Source: Lama glama
Taxonomy: Eukaryota
Assembly: GCA_028534125.1 (NCBI GenBank)
Contig: CM052817.1
Span: 41,666,001 to 41,730,000 of the forward strand
Length of the DNA stretch: 64,000 nucleotides
Direction of reading: 5' to 3'
Under the pieces are notes generated by a model. It was not told where the DNA came from, searched no databases, and saw only the letters and a list, made by a program, of their open reading frames with translations. The translations under genes were made by a program, and so were the position numbers. Positions 37,975 through 51,300 of this stretch are shown in pieces (within the stretch, counting starts at the first letter, position 1; each line of letters opens with the position of its first letter).

Positions 37975-38038
37975 GCTGTACACCAGAAATTAACACAACA
38001 TTGTAAGCTGACTATACTTCAAAAAATAAAATTAAAAA
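37975..38038 (+). mobile_element. Very short younger L1 3' tail
   Basis: gctgtacaccagaaattaacacaacattgtaagctgactatacttcaaaaaataaaa, same terminal motif as the L1 ends at 24660-24714 and 40143-40200. Confidence 0.8.
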
Positions 38039-39344
38039 ATGACATTACCAGGTTAGGTTTATTAATATTAGAAAATAAATTGAGGTAATTCAACAAATTA
38101 AGCAGAATAAAGAGGGAAAATTATTATTTCAACATTCAGAACAAAACATGCATAAATATGTAATGAAAAAATCTCAGCAAAATTGAGATTAGAAGGAAAT
38201 ATTTTTAATCTGATAAAGAAGATCAACAACAAAAAATTAAGTAAAATTCATACTTAGTGGTAAATCTTTTCCTCCGACATCAGGAACAAAATATAGATGT
38301 CCACTATGAGCACTTCTATTCAAACTATAGTGGAAAGCCTTATCAATACATTTTTTGAAAAAAAAGGAAAAAAGACAGAAAGAAAACAACATCTATGAGG
38401 CTTAGAAGCAAAAAATAATAGTTTATTTGTATATAATATGATTGTATATATAGAAAATGCAAGTAAATTTTCTTAGAGTCAATAAGTAGGTTTAACTATT
38501 TGGCTCAATTGAGAGTTAATATTTTAAAAAAAATCAATTCATATTTCTATTTACTAGCCACAAAGAGTTGAGAAAATGACATTTTCACATTACTATTTAT
38601 AATAGCATAAAAAAACTTAAGAGAAAAAGCTAATAAAAATTTTAAAACATTATCTTGAAAAATTAAGTCCTAAATGAAAAGGAAATATCATATTCATGAA
38701 TTGAAAAGGCCATTTTTACAGGCCCTCAATTTTCTCAAAACTGTTTGATAGAGTCAATAAAATTCAAAAGTCCACCTGATTTCTTGTGAAAATTGACAAA
38801 ATGATCATAAAACTGTTATGGATATGCAAAGGTCAAATAGCCCAGACAACCTTGAAGAATAACAAGATGGGAGAACTTATTTTGCTTAATAGGTGTGTTT
38901 ATGCAAGGACAGATAAATAGAAAAATGGAACAGAGACAAAAGTAGGAAAACCGATCTGTGAAATACAATCAACTCATTTACAAGAAAGGTGCCTCTAAAG
39001 GGCAGAGGGGAAAGGACAGTTGTTTTAATAAATGATCTCAAATCCAAGGGATATCCATATGGGGGAAAAATAAAACTCGATCTCTCTACCTCATTTTATA
39101 TATAAAAATCCATTCTAAGTGGTTAGTAAACATCAATATGAAAGATAAAACAAGATAACATGGGAGAGTATCTTCACGTCATTAGTCCAGGGAAACATGG
39201 TAGGAAACAGGCACTAACTATAAGAAAGTAATCAGAAATTGATAAGTTGGAACACATTCATTTTGGGAGCTTCTGCTCATCAAAGACACCATTCAAAGAA
39301 TGAAAATGCAAGCTACACAACAGAGATAGTGGGTGCAACACATG

Positions 39345-39778
39345 TGTATTAGTTTTCTAAAGCTTCTCTAACTGATTACCAAAAACCTGGTGAATCAAAA
39401 CACCAGAAAGGTATTCTCTCATAGTTCTGGATGACTGGAGTCTGAATTCAGCTTCATTGGGTCAAAATCAAATCTCCCCCTAGCAGGCCCTAGGGGGAGA
39501 ATCTGTTTCTTGCCTCTTCCAGCTTCTGAGGGCTGCATCAGTGAGGCCCTGACTCCTTGTCACCTTATCTTCTACATCTGTGCCAAATCTCCCTCTGCCT
39601 CCCTCTTAAAATGATGCATATGATTGAATGTATACTCCACCCAGATAATCCAGGATAATCTCTCCATCCCAATATCCTTAATTAACATCTGTGAAATTTT
39701 TATCAAATAAGGTAACATTTACAGGTTCCAGGGATTTGGACCTGATATATCTAGAGGGTCAATATTCAGCCTACTGCA
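39345..39778 (-). mobile_element. MaLR solo LTR, MLT1D-like
   Basis: tgtattagttttct...tctctcatagttctgg...ttcttgcctcttccagcttct...cccagataatccaggataatctctccatc...tattcagcctactgca. Confidence 0.85.
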
Positions 39779-40142
39779 CATTGTAACCAACAGAGGGCTC
39801 AAATCTAAACAACATAAATCAACAAGATAAATGTAATTCAATAAAAAAAAATTAAATACACAAACTCACAAAAGAAGTTATCCAAATGGCCAAAGAATAT
39901 GAAAGAAATGGTTAACTCTACCAGAGTTTTGCAAGGAAGTGAAACTCACTAGAACAGCTGAAAAAGAGACTGACAGATCTCAAATTTTGCTGAGACTATT
40001 GAGCAACTTTAATTTAGTCTCACACATTCCTAATGGGAGTATAAACTGTTAAAACTACTACAGAGAACTGCTAATATTTTCTACTAAATGAGAAACTAAT
40101 AACAAAGCAATTTCACTGCTAGGTCTATTTCTGACAGTAATT

Positions 40143-40973
40143 ATTTTTTATTGAAGTATAGTCAGTTTACAATGTTGTGTCAATGTCTGTTGTACAGCAT
40201 GTTTCAGTCATACATATACATATATATATTTCTTTTTATATTCTTTTCACTATAGGTTACTAGACGATATTGAATATAGTTCCCTGTGGTGTACAGTATA
40301 AACTCATTGTTTATCTAGTTTATATATAGTAGTATTTGCAAATCTCAAACTCTTATTTTATCCCTTCTTATCCTCTTCCCCCACCCGGTAACCATGAGTT
40401 TGTTTTCTATGTTTGTGTGTTTGTTTCTGTCTTGTAAATAAGTTCATTTGTGTCTTTTTTATAGATTCCACATAGAAATGACATAATACGGTATTTTTCT
40501 TTCTCTTTCTGGCTTACTGCACTTAGAATGACAATCTCCTCGTCCACCCATGTTGCTGCAAATAGCATTCTTTTATTAATTATGACCAGTCAGAAAAGCC
40601 ATTATTAAAAAGTCTACAAATAATAAACACTGGAGGAGGTGTGACCTTCCTACACTGTTGGTGGGAATGTAGTTTGGTGCAGCCATTATGGAAAACAGTA
40701 TGGAGATTCCTCAAAAAACTAAAAATAGACTTAACATATGATTCAGCAATCCCACTCCTGGGCATATATCTGGAGAAAACTATAATTTGAGAAGATACAT
40801 ATACCCTAATGTTCATAGCAGAACTATTTATAATAGTCAAAACACAGAAACCTAAATGTCCATCAATGGATGACTGAATAAAGATGCTGTGGTATATATT
40901 TATACAGTGAAATACCACTCAGCCATAAAAAAGAATAAAATAATTCTATTTGCAGCAACATGGATGGTCCTAA
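40143..40973 (-). mobile_element. 5'-truncated L1 with inversion (twin-priming structure)
   Basis: Antisense 3' UTR 40143-40577 joined to a sense ORF2 C-terminal block about 40584-40972; candidate TSD agtaatt at 40136-40142 and 40974-40980. Confidence 0.88.
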
Positions 40974-41125
40974 AGTAATTTATGTAGAAGTCCACCAAAA
41001 GGCAAGTCAAGAATGTTCATAACAGCTTTATTCATAATAGCACAGGGCTGGATATATACCCAAATGTCTATCAACAGTGTAATGGATAAATAAATTCTGG
41101 TGTATTTATATAATGGTGTATTATT

Positions 41126-41612
41126 TGTAACAGATCTTCAGTGCTCCACCTATATCTCCCTGTATCCTTTTGCCATTCTTTTTGGTGTACTTTCATTTTC
41201 AGCAGCCAACACCCGCGCCTAGATCAGAAGGCTGTCTTTAGATTGCAGAAACCTAGTTTACTGTGTACCCAGAGAACCAGAAATTCCTGGAAATGTAAGT
41301 ACCTTATAGGCAGCCCCTAACCAATGAGTTGCAGGTGCAAAAGTCTAGGTTTCCAAGCTTCTCTTTCCCTGATCCAGACATCTCTGACCTCAAGTTACAC
41401 TCTGTCCAGAGCTGACCTGTGAGATTGGGCAAGTACCCATCCTGGGAAATTTGCTTTATATTGTACATACCTTGTTTGGCCTCCAACTATCCCTACCCAA
41501 CTCTCACAGTCCTCTACCATTTTTTCCTTTGGAATTTTATTAGGAACAATAAAATCACGTTACCATAAATCCTCATCTCAGATTTTGCTTCTGAGGGACA
41601 CAATCTAAGACA
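41126..41612 (+). mobile_element. ERVL solo LTR, LTR16-like
   Basis: tgtaacagat...ggcagcccctaaccaatga...aataaaatcacgttaccataaatcctcatctcagattttgcttctgagggacacaatctaagaca. Confidence 0.75.
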
Positions 41613-42708
41613 TTTTCAAACATGCAAATGAACAAACTATTGCTATACCCAACAAGAAGAATGAATCCCACAACAATAATACTAAGCAAAATAAGCCAAA
41701 CACAGAAGATTACACACTGAATGACTTATTTATATAAAGTTCAATACTAGGAAAAACTAATCTATATAGCTATAAGTCAGGATATTGGTTTGCTTTGAGG
41801 AGGAGGATTAAAAAGAGTAACACATCAATCATCCAAGAGGCAAAGAAGTGCTTCTGGGACGCTGGCAGTGTTTTATTTCTTCATCTTGGTGATATTTATG
41901 TGGGTGTGTTCACTCTGTGATAATACCTTGAGACATGGCTTGTGATTTGTTTAAACAAAGATTTTAAAAATTAACTACTACATATTGAACTATCATAATG
42001 TTGTAGCATGGTCAAAGTTATCCATAAATCATCTATTTCTAATTATACTACAGCAGAAATAAATTTCAAATTAAAAAAATATAATGAACTAGTTAATACA
42101 TGGCCAAGAAATTGGATCATATTTTAATCTTAACTAATTGTTCAAATCAAAATAATAAGATGGATGCACATATAATCTCTGTGATATAAAAGACCAATTT
42201 TAGGCAATAGTGTAAATTTAAACACACTTATTTGCTAGCCTGTTATTCTGCCTAAAATTAACAACACTCTTAGACAGTTCTTCTTAATGTCAACTTCAAT
42301 TGCACTAAGAATATTTTGGTAGTTTAACAGAACTGAGGGGCAGATAATAATTTAGATACAGAAGAAAGTATAGATGTTGAAGAACCAGGTCCTAGAGATT
42401 ATGGGCTTTCAAAAGTGTTTAGAGTTGCCTGGTTTCCCTGGACCAAAAGTAATAAAGGGGAACTGAAGACAATTTCCAGCTAATTAATAATTTTGGTTAT
42501 TTATCACCATTATCATTATCATTCTTGTCCTAATCTTCAACTTTGTCATAAGTAAGTACTTCATACCCTTAAGTAAGGCTCCATAAATCAGTTTGTATTA
42601 TTTTAAAAACCTATTAGATTTCATCTATTGAGATTTTTTTCTCATTTAAAAATGTTGAAATGGCTTTTTTCTCCCTAATGACACATGCATTTCTTGAAGC
42701 TGCTCTTG

Positions 42709-43086
42709 GTATCTAATTTTATAGAGATGCTGTCTATAATACCACAGATGGGGCAGCTTATAAACAACACAAGTTTATTTCTCACAGTTCTGGAGGCTGG
42801 GAAGATCAAGATCAAGGTATCAACAGATTCAGTGTCTGGTGAGAACCTGCTTTCTGGTTCACAAATGGCTGTCTTCTCACTATGCCCTCAGGTGTTGGAA
42901 GGGAGAAAGGAGCTCTCTGGGTCTCTTTTATAAGAGCGTTAATCTCTTTCATGAAGTTTTTGTGTTCAGGACCTAATGACTTCCCAAAGGCCCCATCTTA
43001 CTTCCAAATACCATCACACTGAGGATTAGGTTTCAACATATCAATTTGGGGTGGGGAGGGGAGACACAAGCATTCAGTCTATAGTA
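42709..43086 (-). mobile_element. MaLR solo LTR, MLT1A-like
   Basis: gcttataaacaacacaagtttatttctcacagttctggaggctgggaagatcaagatcaagg...aataccatcacactgaggattaggtttcaacat. Confidence 0.88.
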
Positions 43087-43842
43087 GACATATTAAATTA
43101 ATATGTAGAAACATAACAATAATTAAATTGCAAATAGAATGCTTCATCTCTTCAGTATAGAAATAGTTGCAGACAATAGAAATTTAAAATGAACTTAAAC
43201 CAGTCTGAATATGTTTTACAAAAATATAACATTATTTCCTTTCAAAAGAAGATTTAACAGAAGAAGGCAAGTCAAATGAGAATGTCTGCATACCTTTACA
43301 ATTTTTCACTTTTTGGTTTACAATTTGGTTAATTTTTAAAAACTTAAACATAATAAAAATGGGCTTTTTTTCCTTTTAAACTAAATATACCCAACTCTTT
43401 TGCATTTCAAGTTCTTATTCCAGAGTGATAGCAGAGAGGCATAACTACAGGGAAATGTATTAGGGCACATGCATTTGGAAATAATTTTGGGAAAAAGCCA
43501 TGTATATGCTTATAACTAAAATAATCTTTAATATAGAATATTTCTTTGAATTGAATGTTAATGCAGAAGGCTTGGCATATTTTAACATTCCTCCTGCATA
43601 AATACCAGCTAAGGACATTATACTGTTTGCTTCCTGAAAAATTAACCCTATTCAGACATGACATTATATTCAATAAATTAAATATTGATTAAAAATGCCC
43701 AGAGCCCTAAAATTCAAACCTATCATCATGTGATGATATGAAATTTAAGAATATATATTTCCTCTACCATAAATCTCTCCGAAATTTCTTTGGTTGGAAT
43801 TAATTGTTCTACTCTTTTTGTATTCTAATTTGCTCAAAATTT

Positions 43843-44216
43843 TATTATAGAATTTTGAATTGAGCTCCTCCAAAATTAATGTCCTAACCCTCGTGATTGT
43901 ATTTGGAAACTGGGCTTTTAAAGAATTAATTAAGGTAAAATGAAGTCTTGTGGGTGGGCCCTCATCCGATATAATGATGGTGTCCTTATAAGGAGAGGCA
44001 ATTATGAGAGACAGAGACACAGAAGGAAGATCACGTGAAGACATCAGAGGAAGGCCATCTACAAGCCAAGTTCAAGAGAGGCCTTAGAAGAAATCAACTC
44101 TGCTGGCACCTTGATCTTGTATGTTTGGACTCCAGACAGTGAAGAAAGAAATTTCTGTTGTTTGAAGCCACCCAGTGTGTGGTCCTTTGTTATGGCAGCC
44201 CCAGCAAACTAACAGA
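43843..44216 (+). mobile_element. MaLR solo LTR, MLT1B-like
   Basis: gtatttggaaactgggcttttaaagaattaattaagg...gtgtccttataaggagagg...tgctggcaccttgatctt...tttgttatggcagccccagcaaactaaca. Confidence 0.88.
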
Positions 44217-45542
44217 GAACATAATTGTACTCCTTAGCTAGAGATCATGGTGCAACTATTTTAGACATTGTAGATGGGGATCTCATCCTTTCCCTCTTGT
44301 TCTCCTTCCTCCTCCTGTCTTTGCTTTGTCTTCTTGCCCTTCCTTCTCTTCTTCTACTCCTTCATGGTATCTCTCACAGTCCCTGCTTATTTGTCAGTAA
44401 AGTTTCAATAAATAAAAATTTGTGAACAGCAGCCCTGATATTTAGAGAAGGCAGAGTAGAGAAGATAATGGAAACACTTTAGGAAAAATGAAAGTAATAA
44501 TGTTAACCTGAAATTTTCAATGACTACATTTAAAAAGATATGAAAATTGGGAAGACAATTCTCTCTTTTGAACAAAGCTCCTCTCTTCCTTCAATGTTCT
44601 CTACTCTGAAGGCATGCTACTGGACAGACTCTGTGTTTGGAAATTTATCATGCTGCCTGAAATCCAAGTTTTCCTTTTCCTTCCTCCTGCTTTCTCAGGC
44701 CTTTATTATAAGTTGACAAATAAAAGATGAACCAAACTCCTGAAACTCTGAACATGGTATTAACTTGCAACATTCTTGATGATTTTGTCTTTCTTAAGGA
44801 ATAGTTTAAGCAGAGCCTCCCATAATCCAAAGCACGTTTTGTTTGCGACGCCTTCACAACATGATCAAACCATGATATTGCGAAAGTAGCTCACACATGG
44901 GCTGCAGCTTTCACCATGACTTAAATCAAACACAAAGTCTGTTTTGCAAATTACACTAATGGTTCCAAGCCCATAAGATAAGAAAGGAAGAGCATAATTA
45001 GTGACCACTGTGTTTTCTTATCTGATAGGTTTACTTTCACTGATGTTAAAAAATTACAGCTGAGTTCCAAAATCATAAAGCCGCAAGTGGATCCCTATTA
45101 TACAAGCTTCATGATTCTTATTCACAGATTTCATTGTGACCATCCATGTAATGATCTTGATAATGGCAATATTCCATATGTAAACCCAGCAATTGTAAGA
45201 AAGTACACCAGAACATTACAAAGTCTAAAAATGACTCGAGAATTAAGAGTAGAATCCTCTTCCCATTTGAGTATGAAGAGCACTTAGCAACAATCTACAT
45301 ACATCAAGTATATTATAAATACTTTAAAGTGATAGCCTTTATTTTTTAAAATATTACTATTTTCCAATGTGATTCTGTAAGGGGGATAGAGAGAATTTTC
45401 ACTATAATGCCATTTTATACAGTTTAAATGATTTATCATGTGTTTGTATAACCTATTCATACAATATTAGAAATTTTACATTAGAAAAAATAAGTATTCT
45501 TTAGGTTCTAATTTCTAGGTTACAGAAAATACAGAGGCTAGA

Positions 45543-45740
45543 GTAGCACTCTCAAAACAAATAAAATGTTGCCACATACATAATTTAAAATTTTCTAATA
45601 ACCCATTTTAAAAACTAAAATGAAATAATAAAATTAACTGTAGTAGTTAATACATTTTAGTTAACCCAACATACCTAAAATACTACCATTTCATGAAAAC
45701 AATAAAAACAATTAATAATAATAAATTGTTAATGAGATAA
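45543..45740 (+). mobile_element. MER33-like fragment
   Basis: gccacatacataatttaaaattttctaataaccc...ttaacccaacatacctaaaatactaccatttca...ttaatgagata. Confidence 0.75.
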
Positions 45741-45844
45741 TAAAAAAAGAAAAAATAAGTATTGGCATGTGTCATATTTTAAAATATATTTTATAGTGTA
45801 AGCATGATTTACAATGAAAAGTTTATCTTCTACGTTTTACTTTA

Positions 45845-46070
45845 GTAATTGCTAAGATTTATTAATTGCTTACCAAGCACCAGGTACTTTGATAAGCGCT
45901 TTCTTTTTTAATTCTCATAACAGCCCTATAAGATAAGATTTAATTTATTTCTCTGTTATACACAAGAAAACCAAAACAAATAGCTTCAACAGCTCTTATG
46001 CGGTACAAGGAAGATGCAAAACCAGGTTGAAGATTCTAAAGCCTTATATCTCATACTCGGCACTGCCTTC
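45845..46070 (-). mobile_element. MIR SINE
   Basis: tttattaattgcttaccaagcaccaggtact...taattctcataacagccctataagataag. Confidence 0.65.
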
Positions 46071-46729
46071 TAGGTGTTGAACACCATGTAGCATTATAAT
46101 TCATAATTCCCTAACTATTCAATAAATTGTTTAAATAAATTGTTTTAAAATAAATAGATGACTGTTCTCTTTCCATTTTGTGACATGTAAATAGCTCTCC
46201 AGCATAAAATATGCCTGCATAAATGTTTCCTATTAAATAGTGAATGCGAAATGATTAAAGAGAAAAAAATCTTATTCTCCAGAAGAGGATAAAGTTAAGA
46301 GAGTTGTTAGGAAGTAGTAGGGTACTACTGTATTATATATATGGTCAGAAGTTTATTTCTAATATTAGACCCCAAATTTTTACCAAAAAGAAATACAGAA
46401 CCCCATCCATTGTTGCAGTGTGGCAGAAAATACATAGGCTGATCAACATGGACAAGTGATCAGAACGTACATTCTTTCAAGAGGGCAAAGCCAATCCCAG
46501 TCCTACAAGCAAATGGTGGCAGAGCATAGTGATGAGAAGAGATTGCCCTAGGGGTATAACAGATAAAGATACTGTATTAAAATGAATTTGAGCAAATTCA
46601 CAAATAGCATTGGTGATAAATATCTAAAAGAAAAAAGTGATACTCCAGTGTAAATAAGTATGTGGAAAAGAATACCATCATACATTCTATAAATTCCAAA
46701 AAAAACCCTAAACTGCTACTAGGTGTCAA

Positions 46730-47610
46730 AAAGAAAAACAGTATGTTTTCATGGAGTTTACAATCTAGTAGGAAGACACACACTCATCGAGGAGAGTGAA
46801 AAAAGAGGTTGAATAAGTCAGCAAGATTAAATCATGCCCGATTGTTGAAGCTACTTTAAGGGATAAAGGGACTTTTATTACCCGGAAGGCATGGGAAATC
46901 ATTGAAAGAGGTTAAGGAACAGAATGACAAGTTAATATTTGCATTATAAACTGATAACTCATCACTGTGAAGAAGGGATTGGGGCTGCAGGGTTAAGGTA
47001 AGGGTACTAATTAGAGTTGTTGGTATAATCTATCTATGACTTGATAGTGGCTTAAAAACAGAAATCTTTACTGAATAGAAGGCAGGATTAGGTGACAATA
47101 CATAATGGATGAAAAAGAAAAGGTGGATATAAAGGATGATTCACTAGAACCCAGACTAGATGATACATGGTGTTAAGATTTACCTAGCAAGAGAACATTG
47201 GAGAGTTGTGGAAAGCTCATGGGTTCATTTTTGGACATATTTGATTTCAAGCATCTTTAAGACATCCAGGTAGAGCTATTACTTAGTTGGGGCAATAAAT
47301 CAGGAATTCAGAAAAGATATTTGATCTGAAGATATAAATGTGTAAGTTATCAATATATAGCCATGAATACAGATAAGAATACCTAACAAGGAATAAACAG
47401 TGAGAAAAGAAGAAAGTCTAGGAGTGAGAGCACTATGAATTTCACCATTTCAAGTTAGATTATTGTAGCAGTTGGCAAAAGAGACATGACAAGAAAATCA
47501 GATAATTACTATGCCAAGGTAGAGAAGGGAAATGCTAACTTGAGTAAAGTAGCACATAGTCAACTGTGCAGAATGCTACCAAGACACTATAGAAGATGAG
47601 AATGTAAATA
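46730..47610 (-). mobile_element. L2 LINE fragment
   Basis: catggagtttacaatctagtagg...catgggttcatttttggacatatttgatttcaagcatctttaagacatccagg. Confidence 0.7.
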
Positions 47611-47744
47611 ACACAGAAAAGAAGCCATAGCCAGAATTATTCTTAATTTTCCATGGCTGCCCACAAAAACTTCAGGAAAAGGAAGTCAAAATTTGCTTCA
47701 GAACTCTGCTATATAACTATCTTATATATGACTAAAATCTCATA

Positions 47745-48350
47745 AAGAAGATGACTAACAAATTGGACTACATTCATATTGGGAGTGTCTGTTCACTGTG
47801 ACATCATTAAAGAAATGTAAAGGCAAACTATAGAGCAAAAAAATCATGTTTACAAACCATATAATGGACAGAATGCTCAAATACAAAGTATATAAAAAAC
47901 ACAAATCAACAAGTAAAAGACAAACTAATAAAAAAAGGAATTGCTTCACAGCCTCACAAAGGAGATATCCAAGAAGCCAATAAACATATGATAAAATTGT
48001 CAACTCCATTAGAAATCAGGAAAATGCACATTATTACTACAGTGTGGTACTTCTACAAACTCATCAGAATGGCTAAAAAAGACATCAACAATCCTAAGTT
48101 TTGGTAAAGTTGTAGAACCATTGGAAATCTTACACATTTCCAGTGGGCACATAACCTGTTAAATCTACTATGGACAACTCATAATATTTTCTACTAAATG
48201 TGGACCTAAAAACAACAACATATGGCCCAACAATTCTACTGCTAATTCATGAATATATATATATATATTTTTTTTCTTATAGCAATGTAGGCACAGGGCC
48301 ACTATAGAAGAATGTTCAGAACAGCATTGTTCATGATTGCCCAAACTGGA
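47745..48350 (+). mobile_element. Old L1 ORF2 3' fragment
   Basis: gccaataaacatatgataaaattgtcaactccattagaaatcaggaaaatgc...agaatgttcagaacagcattgttcatgattgccc. Confidence 0.75.
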
Positions 48351-51300
48351 AATGATTCAAGCACCTGGTGTTTGTTTCTTGTAGCTCCTATTGACCTTAA
48401 GAAGAGGTCTCTCACAAAATTCTGCCCAATTTTAAATCATATTTCATCTCTCATATACATCACATCAAATTCAATGAAATTAAGGGATTCCCCTATCATA
48501 TCAGAAAAACTTTAATGAAGTTATAATTTGTGTCAGAGTGGAACAGGCATCTGTTCAGGAAGATGTACATAGAAAGAATATCATCACTGGTTGGCTCATA
48601 GCTGCCTTTTGCTATCCCAAGACAAATTACAGGACTGGAACCTGTGAAAACCTGGAAAGCGTCATTATGACAGTGAAGCAAGGAGACACAGACAAAAGGA
48701 AAGAGAAAGAATGTGACAGGCAACAATCTTTGCTTGGAATATTGGTATTTTAGAAATCCTGATAAGTGTCAGTTAAATTCCAGCAACTCACTTCGATGTG
48801 ATAAATCTTAATGTGATAAATGTGTACCTACTAACTGCTGAGTACTAAAGGACAGCTCCTTTAAGCCATTGCAAATCCCAATGAGCAGATTAAAAAGCCC
48901 TTAGCAAACAACTACATAGCTATGAAGGCATACCACTGTGTGGTTAAGTACCTACAGTCTTTTTTTTTTTTTTTCCTTAAGTGACTGCTCCTTGTCAAAG
49001 TAATTTGATTAGTAGTGAAATCACAGACTCTGACTGTTGAGAACTATTGCCTTGGCAATGTATGCACACGAAGGCTGCTTTAGGGAAACAGAACTGGATG
49101 TTTGGAATATTGTCCATAGATAGTCATGGCATCTGGAGTGTAAACAGAAAATGGACTCATCTGTAAGCCACTTGGGCTCTAAACACAAGGTTGCCATTTG
49201 TTTGCTCACTGATTAATTCCACTGAGGCTTTCTAGTTCCACTGTGTACCTCATAAAAAAAATCAAAGAAAGCTTGGATCCAAGAATATTTCTCTTTTGTG
49301 TGCATGGATCCATTATGACCTATTTTTCCACCTTTGCAAAATGTGTTCAGAAATATTGGCTGTATTAAGAGCCTCTAATTCATTAATTTTAGTGCTGTTT
49401 TGTTTTTATGAAGCAGTAAACAATGAGACCACCAAGTAAGCCTGCATTTCCCATGATTATAACTATAATTAGTATCTAGAAATATGTTCAGTTAGGCCAT
49501 TGACTGTGCTACCTTGGGAAGAGCACATTCCTTTAACAGAGACTATAATATTTACTTTATATGGCATTTTACAATTTTCGAAGTGTTTTCACTTGGAGCT
49601 TATCCTAGATTCAATTAATCTGCACAATGACATTACTTATATTTAAAACAATTCTAACTTATAGATGGTCGCAACATGAAAATGTTTGTTCAAAATAACA
49701 GAGATTTAAAGTAACAAACCTACCTAGACCCCAGGATTCTGGTCAAAATACCTTTTTCTCCAGGTTCAATTTTTATTTTATACTTAATAGTAGTTCTTTA
49801 AATGTGCCAAACTGCATTCTTTAGACTTCAGTTATATAATCAACTCTTTAGGATATAATAAGCATCACCTTAGCATCATTTGATTATTCAGTTTATTAAT
49901 TGCATATCTTCTTTGTTATTTTTGGCTCCACTTGTTCTATCTGTGAAAACTCTTCCACTCAAAAATGGCAACCCCAGTCCCTAGAGTTTGAAAAGAATTA
50001 TTTTGTTCATCATCTACTCATGGTCTAGTCACAAATTCCATTAATTGTTGATTTGACATATTTCTGCCAGTTGTTTCAATTTACTTCTGAGTCCATTTTA
50101 GACTTTGGTGTCTGGAATTGATGTGAAAACTGCTACACACTTTTGCTTAAAATAAAATTGGATTAAATTTTATAAAATCAGAATCACTATCAAGCTAGTA
50201 TTTACATTTATTGAAAGATTAAAGAGACATAGAGTAAGTTGTTTTGTAAATAGCCTAGTTATATACTTTATATATGTTAAATTTTAAAGTTTCTTCCATA
50301 CCTGATATATTCTGAAACTTTACTTAGTAAAATCTTAAAAAGCATCTTAGTTGTAATATACATGTATAAACAACTTCTATATATTACTTGGAGCAATACA
50401 TTTATACTCTTACTGGATGTATTATTTCTTTTCCTCTCACAATAAATATTTATTCCCATTTGAATTTTCAGATCATTACTCTGTTTTTTATATTTACAGT
50501 CTAAAAAAATTGGTTTAAAGTAAAACAAAATAAGGCTTCTTTATATTTGGATCTACTTTACAAATATATGGAACCTATTTCAACAGAAATGTTGTCTAGT
50601 AAATCAAACTACTCAAGTTTTTTGAGATTATTACAATTCTGTAACAATAATGGAGGACAGATTAGCTAAACTATGAAACAAAGACAATCAAATATCCAGC
50701 TGACTCAGGTGAAAGTTTTCAATCTCTTTTATATTACAGAACATGAAATTCTATCTGCGAATATTTCCACGGTCTGTCTGACATATACCAGTGCTGCCCT
50801 CTCTTTTTCCCCTATATCTTTCCCTGCTTCTCCATGTCAGTAGACTTAAAACCATCTTCCACCTGCTTCAGATAAATTTAAAATTGTCCTATAAATAGAG
50901 ATTTCTTCCAAAAACAAATTAAATAGAAAGCAGAAAGAAAAAAGTAGAGAACATTAAATTTCCTTTGGGCTCCCTGCCTAATTCTTCTTGGGCTCAGAGC
51001 CCAATTTCCACTGAGCCCATTCTGGTTTCTTTAAAGCCATGAATGCAAAGGCCAGTACTTATTATCATGATCGTTCAGTCCTACCCGGCTTGTCATATTC
51101 TGAAGACCATTTCCTAGTTTCTAGTTTGTTTTCCTAATGGCCCTATTTGTACACACAAGCTTTGAGTGGGCTTGAGGGGATGACTTCTAACAGGCTAACT
51201 GAGAAATGCATTACAAGTGAGACTATATACTACCTTTTCCTATTTTCACTATCTACTGGAGTAGAAGTCTGTAAAAACTGCTGTTTTTATCTGTTCCAAT

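Larger units (their letters stand above)
36595..41970 (+). mobile_element. Old, heavily decayed L1 (L1MC/MD/ME type) interrupted by at least four younger insertions
   Basis: 5'-end-like sequence about 36600-37250, ORF2-like about 37430-40135 and 40981-41125, 3' UTR about 41613-41970 (atttatataaagttcaatactaggaaaaactaatctat). Confidence 0.8.

Noticed and set aside
42709..44216. Oppositely oriented MLT1 LTR pair as a composite element or dsRNA stem
   Set aside because: Different subfamilies, highly diverged, no shared TSD; independent insertions
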